A stretch of 64,000 bases of DNA from Massalongia carnosa (lineage: Eukaryota): contig OZ287076.1 of NCBI GenBank assembly GCA_965645245.1, positions 372,001 to 436,000 on the forward strand. The letters run 5' to 3'. Every line of letters begins with the position of its first letter. Within the stretch, counting starts at the first letter, position 1. The position numbers and the translations under genes are program-made. The notes beneath the pieces are model-generated. The model did not search any database. It saw nothing but the letters and a program-made list of their open reading frames with translations, and was not told where the DNA came from. Of the stretch, positions 14,083 to 23,700 are shown piece by piece.

Positions 14083-14617
14083 CTTTGATTTCCCGGCTTA
14101 AGGGGGAAAATGCAATATTCTTTGCAAAGGCAGCTCCTACAACACGGCATTAGATGAATCGGCCATCATAGACTAGCCAGCAGATATGACAAATGTCGAC
14201 TGAAAAGACAAAGTGGCAGTATGTAATTGCACTCAATCTCTTGGCAACCGTGATTTTGCACCACTTGCTGCGTCGCGCTCGTCTTGTGGTTTTCGTTTTT
14301 GTTGACTGAACACGAAGATTTTTGCGAGCCATAAGTCTGACGAAGCTTTTTCAAATCAATCACTTTTTTTTTCGTTCTTTCAAGACGCTGTGGAGCGATA
14401 AACTAGGTGGTGTGCGTGGTCCACTACTGCTAGGAGTGCAGGAGAACAAACGAACAAGAGAAGAACAGGACAATAGAATAAGAACAATAGCTAGACTAGT
14501 CACTGTATGCCTCGTGCCTCGTGCCTCGTATCTCTGTATGTGAACTGTATGTGTTGATGCTGTGTGTTGTAGCTATGCTACGAGCATGCTTGCTCTGTGT
14601 ATCTAAGGAGAAGAACT

Positions 14618-14690
14618 GGCCTGCTGGGTCACAAACCTCTACGTGGTGCAGGCTATCAACACCTCCTCGGAGGTGGCCAATATCTGATCA
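14618..14690 (+). ncRNA. Predicted HDV-like (delta-like) self-cleaving ribozyme
   Basis: P1 GGCCUGC/GCAGGCU with G1-U wobble; P3 ACC/GGU with 7-nt L3 UCUACGU; P4 CACCUC-CUCG-GAGGUG; J4/2 GCCAA; imperfect P2 GGUCA/UGAUC. G+1 coincides with the TSD boundary. Confidence 0.72.
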
Positions 14691-14775
14691 TCGCCAACGC
14701 GGAAGTCCACCTCGGTGGCCATTTGAACGATCAACGTCTCTACTGATCATTCGTCACCTCGAAGGCACACATACA

Positions 14776-14918
14776 AAGCCCATTCATTCGGAATGGCCAC
14801 ACCCCTCAGGCGGAAGCCTTTCACCTCATCGAAAAATCCCATTATTCAGAATGGCCACACCCCTCAGGCGGAAGCCTTTCATCACATCGAAAAGCCCATT
14901 CATTTAGAATGGCCACAC
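14776..14918 (+). repeat. 58-bp tandem repeat, ~2.5 copies, inside the SINE-like element
   Basis: GAATGGCCACAC at 14791, 14849, 14907; units contain CCATT..AATGG and AGGC-GGAA-GCCT hairpins. Confidence 0.9.
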
Positions 14919-15499
14919 TTACACACCTTCATTTATACGACACCACGATCTGCCCTCGATCACGGCCAGTCTTTCCTCCATTGAATCAAAACGTTTAAAG
15001 AGAGAGAACGTTCGTCGAAAGTGAAATACACTGTCTAGTTCATCGAGTCTATAGGATTCCTAGCGCTTGAAGATCTGGGTGTATGCACCGCGTGGTAGAA
15101 GGACGGTCTCGTTGCGTTCAACATGGGACAAGGGAGTGGTTTTACCCTGGGGGCCAGGTTTCCACTTCCTGACTGTTGTTTATGTACATAAGCAGTCACA
15201 GCGTCATATCCTTAGGATGCATACGCTTAATGAATTAATAATAATAATAATAAAAAAGGAGAAGAACTGTCTATAACTAAAAGAAAAGACTGTCACCTCA
15301 CTTCATGAGACCTTTGCTAAAACTTAGCCGGAAAAACTAACTCCCGAATCGCTAGCAATTTAGATTTTGCATTGAAATTCGCATTTGCAGCGAAAATCGC
15401 TGCAAATGCAGTTGATTAACCTTACGAACGAGAATCTTTGCCTGCGGAGCAGTTCTCGATGCACATAGAAATGACATTTTTTAAGAATGTTAAAATTAT

Positions 15500-17042
15500 T
15501 TGATTTATGGACTTGATATTTTGACGCATCATGATGAGAAAATCGATGAAAACTCTATCGTGATCGAGGACGCGATGAACATTCAACTCGAAAACACGTT
15601 CGTGATCGCGCACGCGGAGCAGAGAGATCAACTGCTGTACAAGATAGATGACTATCTGATAGGTATAGGAGACGGAGGGGAACCGGAGGGAACAGGGATT
15701 CTAGAGGAGGTGAAAAATTTTCTCGATAATCAGAGAAGCATCGACAACAACGAAAACATACCGAAGCCCATTCACGACACCCTGACTGAAATACAAAGAA
15801 GTCTAGCCCGTATCGAAAGTGCTAAGACAGCCACAACAACCACAAACAGCTATTCCGCAGCCGCCACCAGAGGTCAAGCCTCCGAGGCCCCCCCGATTCC
15901 CCGCCGCACCAAGCCAATCACTTCTTCAAAATAAACCGAACCCTCACCACAAGAAGTTCGTCAGGCCAGAGCAATGACCGTAGTCATTTCCAGCGCAAGC
16001 GACAAGGAAAAAATAAAGAACATGCCCACAAAAGATCTCGTGGAGACACTACAAGCAGAAACGGAGGGGATTCGGGGAGTTTCGCGACTCATAAGCGGAG
16101 ACCTCAAAATTCACACGGAATCACTAGAAGTCAAAAAGACTACAAGAAAAGTCGGAATGGACCCGAAAAATAGCCGACTCAGCGGCGATTAAGACACGGA
16201 CATACTCGGTCAGAGTAAATGGTGTCAAGATGGAACACATCAAAACCGCCAACCAATCGCAGGCCATAGGGTACCTGCAGACTGCTAACGCACGCCTGCA
16301 CCCGGACCTGCAGATAAAGAAAATAGCCTGGTCCACCAGGGCTATAAGGGAAAAGAAGGCGTTCTCCACGCTACATATGGAAGTCGCCACCGCCGAAACG
16401 GCCAATCGGGTCATAGCCGAGGGTCTCATAATCGACTATGAAATCAAAGACTGTGAAAGATTCACAAAGGGATGCACCATGACGCAATGTTTTAATTGTC
16501 ACAAATATGGTCATATAGGTCGATCATGTCCCAACCCCACCGCCTGCGGTCACTGTGCTGGGGCTCACCCTAGCACCGAATGCAACATGGAAACAACAGG
16601 TAGATATCAAAGATGTGCTGCATGCAGTGAAAAGGGACACGAAGCCTGGTCAACATCCTGCGAAATCAGGAAAGTCGAAAAACGCAAAGCAGAGAGGGCC
16701 ATGCAAAAACGGGTCCCATTCTACCCAGTAGTCGCCCCCGTACCGGCCCCGTTCAGGTTCCAGAGCGAAAACATCAACCCGGTCCTTGGCAGCACAAACA
16801 GCAAAAAGAGGAAAACCATACCCCCCTCCGATAGCCCCGCGAATCCCCCACGAACGGGAACATCCTGGGCTGACACGGGCATCATGAATCCAGAAAACAT
16901 GACAAAGGCCCTTGCAAAACCAGTTGTAGGTAGACCCCCACTCAGACCCCGAGCTGTATCTACTGCCCCGGCGATAATCAGAGCAAACAACACCACCAAC
17001 GACCCCTCGACCTCCCAGGCCGAATCAATGGACGTCCTATGA
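15500..17042 (+). pseudogene. LINE ORF1 (gag-like, three zinc knuckles), disrupted
   Basis: CFNCHKYGHIGRSC, CGHCAGAHPSTEC, CAACSEKGHEAWSTSC; in-frame TAA at 15932-15934 and a frameshift in an A-run near 16135; true start uncertain. Confidence 0.88.
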
Positions 17043-20000
17043 GGGACACGAAATCTCTCTCCATATTGCAGTACAATGTCAGAAATGACAGAGTGAGTAA
17101 AATGTTACCCCTCTTAGCCGATCCGAACACTCAAGACTATGACATTATCGCAATTCAGGAACCCTGACGCAATCCATCTATTCCTACCACGTTAAGCTCT
17201 CATCAAAGTGGGTTTCATTTATTATATCGCCCAAATGGAGACACCAGAGTGTGTTTCTACATAAATGATACTATTGACCCTGATAGCTGGGAAGTAGAGT
17301 ATCCGTCGGCCGACATGTGCACCCTAAAAATTCGAATGAAAATTGGAAACACATCAGACGTGATCCACGTCCACAATGTGTATAATCCCTCTCCCATTTC
17401 CTATTCTTCTATAGACAGTCCGTCCACGCTAGCAACAGTGAAACGCCAATTAATTGCAGAGACAAAACACATTTTACTGGGCGACTTCAACCTACATCAT
17501 CCATTGTGGAATCATTCGTCGAGGCCTACTCAACATGCGGAGTCGGAACAATTACTGAACATAATTGAAGAGGCAAATCTATCACTAACACTTCCAAAAG
17601 GCACCATTACATGGGAGGCTAGACAATCGTCTAGCACAATCGATCTTGTATTCATGTCAGAAGAATTAATGGATAGACTAGAACATTGCATGTCAAGACC
17701 GGAACTCAATCAGTCGTCCGATCACATTCCGATCTCCACCCGAATTGCGCTGAACAGTGAGGTTCAAACAATCAGAGAACGCAGGGCCTGGAAACTGACG
17801 AACATGAGAAAACTGAGAGAAGCGGAAAAGAGGGCGCCCCCCCCGAAGACCCCCCGATCCCCCGCCGAAATCGATGCTTACACCGTGTCAATTCAAAAAT
17901 TTCTTCAAGAAGTGATAGAAACCTCTGTACCTTGGGCTAGACCCAGTAAGTACGCCAAACCCTTTTGGAATGATGAATGCAGTGTGATCACGAAAGAAAC
18001 TCGTAGGCTCAGACGTGTCTGGTCCAATTCCAGAGACATTTCTGATTGGATAACATACACAAAATCCAATCACAGAAAACAAAAAAATCATTCAAAAGGC
18101 TAAAAGACTGTCGTTCCGCAAGGAAATAGAAAAAGCCACCGAATCGCCTACTGGTCTCTGGCGACTAGCCAAATGGGCGAAAGACAAAAGTGACCAGACA
18201 AGAGAAATTCCCAAAATGCCCAATCTCGTTCGAGACGACCAAGTAGCAGAGACGTTCGAGGAGAAATCGGACATGCTAAAACAGAAATTCTTTCCACCCG
18301 CCCCTCCGGCCGACCTCAGCGACATAGAGGGTTCATTTTACCCCAGCCCGCCACAATGTCCAATGATCATAACCAAACTAGAGGTGATGGAAGCCATACG
18401 CCGACTCAAGCCCGATACGGCCCCGGGTCCGGACGGAATAGCCAACAGAATTGTAAAGGCATGCTCGGAAAAGCTAGTCGAATTACTCACCCCACTGTTT
18501 CAAGCATGTGTAGAACAAGTATATCATCCTCGTGCATTCAAAACCGCCAACACAATCACACTCAAGAAAACAGGCAAGGATGACTATTCGGCCCCGAACG
18601 CCTATCGACCCATAGCACTCCTAAACACGCTTGGAAAAGTAATGGAATCCATCATGTCACAAAAAATAACCCATCTAGCGGAAACCCACCGACTCCTGCC
18701 CGACACCCAGATGGGCGCCAGACGAGGAAGATCAACCGAATCTGCACTAGAATTGTTGACTGAACAAATTTATACAGTGTGGGGCCAAGGCACAGACAAA
18801 GTAGCCACATTATTGAGCATGGACGTAGCAGGAGCCTATGACACAGTGACACATCGAAGACTGATTCACAATCTTCGCAAAAGGAAAATCCCAAAATGGA
18901 TCACTGACTGGGTGAACAGTTTTCTGAATGAAAGAAGCACTACCCTGGCGATTCACAGCCGAGTCACGGGCATATTCGATGTAAAAACCGGAATCCCACA
19001 AGGCTCCCCCATTTCTCCTATTCTTTATCTGTTCTACAATGCAGACCTACTAGACATATGTGAAAGACCAGGCAGCAACACGAGTGCTCTAGGCTTCGTA
19101 GATGACATCAATGTGCTAGCATACGGAAAAAGCACCGAAGAAAATTGTAAGACGCTAGAGGTAATTCACAAAAAATGTGAAAAATGGGCAAGTCGACATG
19201 GTTCAGTTTTCGCTCCGAAGAAATACGAATTGATACATCTGTCAAGAAATCTGAAGAAATTCAACATGTTCACTGTTATTCAAATAGGAAATAACATCAT
19301 AAAACCAAAGACAGACATCAGAATTCTAGGACTTCAAATCGATTCAAAATTGAAATGGGGTGCTCACACAAGGAAAATCCAGGAAAAAATGACAAAACAA
19401 TCCAGGGCATTGACAAAAATATCCACCTCCACATGGGGCGCCACTCTTCTAAAGGCACGCCAGGTTTACACCGCCGTAGTCCGGCCGGCCATGACGTACG
19501 GCTCCACCATTTGGCACATGCCAAAAGAAATTCAAAAATCAAACGTCATCTCAAACAAACTGGCTGTCATACAAAACAAATGTCTAAGAAACATAGCCGG
19601 AGCCTTCAAAGCAACGCCCATAGCTGTACTTGAAGCAGAGACATTTATAGCCTCAATTGACATACATTTAGATCAACTACAGGCCCAGACCAGACAACGC
19701 CTGTGTCGAAATGGTCAAAAGAGTTTCATCACAAATGCATGCAACAAAATAGCCAATAAACTTCGAGGTCGGGCAGGACGCAAGAGGGCCCCAGTCATCA
19801 CTCCAGGAACGCTGAAATACGCCTGGGCCAAGAGAATCACATCGGAGGCACATAACCCTCCAACACCGACACCAAATCCACCATGGGCCGAATCCCCCCC
19901 GAATCTCGCCCGAGAAATAGGGGAGGCACGCGCCGCTCATAACAAAATAACTGCTCAAATAAAAAAACTACACACATTTGCATGGCAGGCCTCGTGGAGA

Positions 20001-20740
20001 TCATATCAGGAACACACACCCGTTCCCACCCCGGCACAATCAGGTTCACTCTCCAAAAAACGCATCTAATTCCACGAAACTCTAGCCAAAGCGGAGAGCG
20101 CGCTAGCCATTCAGATACTGAAGAAGGGTAGTCGTGCGTGCTAATGGAAGGTGGTGGTACGTGATGATAGATGGCGAACTAAGCAGTGAACACACACACA
20201 CACACAAACGACCGAATGGACCTACGACTGCATAGACATGAAAAGAACTCGACGACTGAACGACTGAACGACTAGTTGATGCAACGAAATGAACGTGTGT
20301 CGATGACTACGTGACACGACGATGATGATGACAGCGTAGGTGATAGAAGATGATGTCCGGAGATGATGAAGAAAACGCCAGCAAAAAACCCGTTTTATCC
20401 CCACACAGGCTTGCCATGTCACCTGACCATAGATGACACATGTCGCCCCACCACAATACGCTCAGAAAAGATAGGCCTAGCCGCCTTCCTACATAGACAC
20501 CGAGTCCCAGACGTCTCGTCCCCGAACTGCTCATGTGGCTGGCACAAACAGACTGCAAAACATGTGATCATGTTTTGCAAACTCAACGACAACAGAAAAA
20601 CTCTGCTAAATACGATAGGCACAAACAACTATCGATTAATCACTGAGTCATCTAAAGCAATGAAATTAGTCACAAAGTGGCTAATGAAGACAGGTTTGTT
20701 GTCACAATTTTCGCTGACAGCACAGCATCTATACTGCTAA
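17039..20740 (+). pseudogene. LINE ORF2 (APE endonuclease, reverse transcriptase, C-terminal CCHC), disrupted
   Basis: ILQYNV..IAIQEP*, LGDFNLHHPLW, TIDL, SDHIPI; RT YRPIALLNTLGK, GIPQGSPISP, FVDD; CSCGWHKQTAKHVIMFC. Lesions: TGA 17165-17167, frameshift in A-run ~18081-18087, TAA 20067-20069, solo LTR at 20119. Confidence 0.92.
20119..20455. mobile_element. Solo LTR (337 bp) inserted in LINE ORF2
   Basis: TG...CA termini, 4-bp TSD ATAC (20115-20118, 20456-20459); removing it restores ORF2 frame ALAIQI-R-SEKIGLAAFL. Confidence 0.9.
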
Positions 20741-23700
20741 CAGTAGGCATGCTTTGTTTCATTTTTCATACTTGTCTTAGGTCAAAGGTTTTTTCATGGA
20801 GCACACGGCTGGGACCCGGAGGATCCTCGGCCGGACACAGGATTGCATGGTTTTTCTTCCTCAAAAGGTTTTCCATGTACTATAAAACTAGATAGACTCG
20901 CCCGCATGGGCCGGCCTTCGGCCGGTACCACATCGGAATAAGAATCATCATCATCATCATCATGAGAAAATCGATAAAGCTCGAAAAAATTTGTTTGTCT
21001 GGTAAATCGCGACGCAACGCGAAAAGTGATAAATCTGTACATCAGTCTTCGGTTTGCTCAGATTAGTTCGATTTCCATGTACATGTCTCAGGGCGAATAG
21101 GTGGCAAATGGGGTAAGAATAGCTGCCTGCGGCGGCATGAGAGCTCGAGTGTTGGAAGGCACTCATTCTGTTCCAAGAATTCCTTTAATTCTTTGTTCCT
21201 TAGAGCTTTCCTCTCGAAATGAATCGGTATTTTCTCGACTGGTCTTAAGAACATGGGATAGGATCCAAAAAATAGACACCCGAAGGATCCCCGATTGCAT
21301 CACGGAGCGGTTCATGGGAAGAACACGATCATGCTGCTAGAGTCTGTCCGAAAAAAACTTCTTGATCAGTTGGAGGTCTTGTGACTCGATATTTCAGTAG
21401 CTCCAATTTTCAAGAGGCTTATATGTTGTGCTTAGATTTCTCCCGGATCCTCTCTATGACGGAAGCCACCGGCGTAGCATTTTGAGTGGCAGGCGGGAAT
21501 TCCATCTTTGTGGTAACTAAGTGCGCAACGATTTTGCATCCACTGAACGTCTGCGTTCTTGCGGGCAGGAAATCGGCCAGGTGGATGGTCTGCTCACACC
21601 TGAAAATATCGCACAAAGCAACAGTTGCTCCCATTTCTTCGTTACATCTGCCCCTACCAGGGCATACTTTCAGCTCGTCGGACTTATGATTTAAATTTCG
21701 GGGGAGTAAGAGATGAATATATGAAACATGCTCACCGTAGCCAGCGTTTTCGCGTCCATATACTCTGGATGTTTAGATTCGGGATTGCTCAGGGCGAAGC
21801 AAGGAGACTACAAGTACGAGAGAAGCTCTTTAGGTATATGTGTTCCCATCTTCCGCCAACTCCCCGATTCATGATCTGGAGTTGTTGCGTAGTCCACCTG
21901 TGTCTCAGTCCTCGATTATATACGGTTGTCTGCACTGATTTGATCATTACACAAATCCGACTCAATATCTGATGATATTCCGATTTCGTGAACTTCGTAC
22001 CTGATTTAGTTTTTTAGATCTTACGCTTTCTATTTTGCTGATGGCGATTGTCTACTCTACTCCAAGAATCCTATTGCTGTTTCACCATCGGGATCTCAGC
22101 ATTGGATGTAAGAGGTTCCGTTGAAGCCAAATTATCACCAACGAGAAGAAGCCAGACCTAGAAAGGGCCACCCTAGCCTCAATTTAATCTATCAAATCAG
22201 CAATGTCCTCGTCGAAGATCTATTTACCATTCTTCCTTTCAAGTGGTTGAAATCCTTTGAGCAACGGAGACAGCACACCAAAGGCAGATCGTGCTCAGGA
22301 CGTAGCCGCTGGGAATAGTCTTGGCCATCAAGCCAAAACAAAATCTAGCTCGCGAAGTTCTGGATCGAGAACTGTCTTGTCTCCAGGATTTCCTCAGGAA
22401 TCTTCTCCCTGGGTGTATATGCCCTTCGTGCTATCGTCAGAAGGACTCTAATATAAAATATAACGATTGATCAATGAGGGATGAGCGATGATGATGATAA
22501 TCGTCGCTATAATATTCATCTTGCAGATTCCCGCAGCATTTTTTTCAGCATCGGCGGTAAAGAGGAAAGGGAAATACAATTGATCTCAGCCGTAAGCCCA
22601 GCCCGTAGGCTCGAGTCCACCACTCAAAGGCCCTTTTGCTAGACGAAAACATGGCTTTCCGGTCTTTTAAGGACGGCTTTTTCTAGCCTCAGAACCTTTC
22701 ATCGAGTGAAACATCTTGGGGGCGTGTCTCCAAAAAAAAAAAAAACTTTGCACGAGGGAGATTATACAACTGCTGTAGTATATATACCTATGTATCCTAG
22801 AATTTTCAGGAACAATCCCCTCGGATCTCTGTCGCGCGTGGTACGTCTTACACCTCTCCACACCTATCGATGCGAGGGGCAAGCTTGATTCATCCCTCCA
22901 TGTATGAAGTTTGACTGCAATCGGGTCCGTCTGGTCCCGGCGGATAGCTTTAAGCCTGATTGCGCAGAAAATTATATTTAGTTTCAAGACGGCCCAGACC
23001 AATTGATCTATTTCCCATTTTTATCTTCTTGCATCATGGCAGCCTCCAATCGCTCGGCCAGTCTTCCCATATCATATATTCCACGTTAGTGAAGACGCGT
23101 GGGGTAGGGGCGATGTCAATGATTTGCTAAGCCAGTTTCCACGCCGTAGCGTTTAGAGCTATTTTTGATATCTTCGATGGCTACTAGGTGGGCCATTGTG
23201 GAAGTTCCAAAAAGATATGAATCACAAATTCGGGGACAAAATATCTCTTCTGCATCATATTATTAGCACATTCTGATCTAAAGGCGATTACTAGCTAAAT
23301 CTAGCATGCCTCGTCGTTTTATGTAAAGTTGATGGATTTCCAAGGTTTAAACGGCAGCTAAAAAGCAATCTATGATATCGACTTCTGGGTTTCTCTTTGA
23401 GGAATGCCCCGGTGTGTTTATGCTTCCAAGGTCTGTCTGCCTCGTTTTGGAAGCAGCTTCAACATGAGGTGTTGTTTGATTCGCTGATTGGCTATATTTT
23501 GTTATACAGGGCGGCGGAGCACCGCCTGAAGAATATATCTTGTATATGCGACCTTTCTATAGAGAATGAAAAGTAAGAGAAAATATAGGCGATATGTAAC
23601 CTTGAAGTATTTATAGAGAAAGACCACGTTCCTCTTCAAGGATAAAGTAAGAGCAGAGTTGATATCTTGAAAATCCGGCGTCTAGACGTGCAAAAATACC

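Larger units (their letters stand above)
14618..15255 (+). mobile_element. Non-autonomous non-LTR retroelement (SINE/SIDE-like), 638 bp
   Basis: 13-14-bp TSD AAGGAGAAGAACT(G) at 14605-14617/8 and 15256-15268/9; (TAA)6 tail at 15236-15253; no RT coding capacity. Confidence 0.88.
14389..15305. mobile_element. Probable solo-LTR remnant (~265 bp once the inserted element is removed)
   Basis: TGTGG...CTTCA termini, the same terminal pentamers as the solo LTR at 20119-20455 read on the minus strand; internal (TGCCTCG)3. No matching TSD found. Confidence 0.4.
15311..20959 (+). mobile_element. LINE (Tad1-like non-LTR retrotransposon), near full length, inactivated
   Basis: ORF1 + ORF2, 3' UTR hairpins, (TCA)n tail at ~20944-20962; candidate TSD TCATGAGA at 15303-15310 and 20960-20967. 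The 5' boundary depends on that TSD. Confidence 0.9.

Noticed and set aside
14776..14918. Tandem repeat as a hammerhead ribozyme or CRISPR-like array
   Set aside because: No CUGANGA/GAAA core on either strand, no unique spacers, and the context is eukaryotic.
15534..15547. ATGAGAAAATCGAT matches the sequence after the LINE tail (alternative TSD)
   Set aside because: It lies inside the apparent ORF1 frame and would leave no 5' UTR; TCATGAGA at 15303 fits better, though it is not proven.
9447..17167. TGA at Trp positions in both copia RNase H and LINE ORF2, suggesting TGA-to-Trp recoding
   Set aside because: Host genes here use TGG for Trp and end in TGA (GMC, glutaminase); single G-to-A changes explain both.
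16130..18090. LINE frameshifts as programmed frameshifting
   Set aside because: Both fall in A homopolymers, so slippage or sequencing error is more likely.
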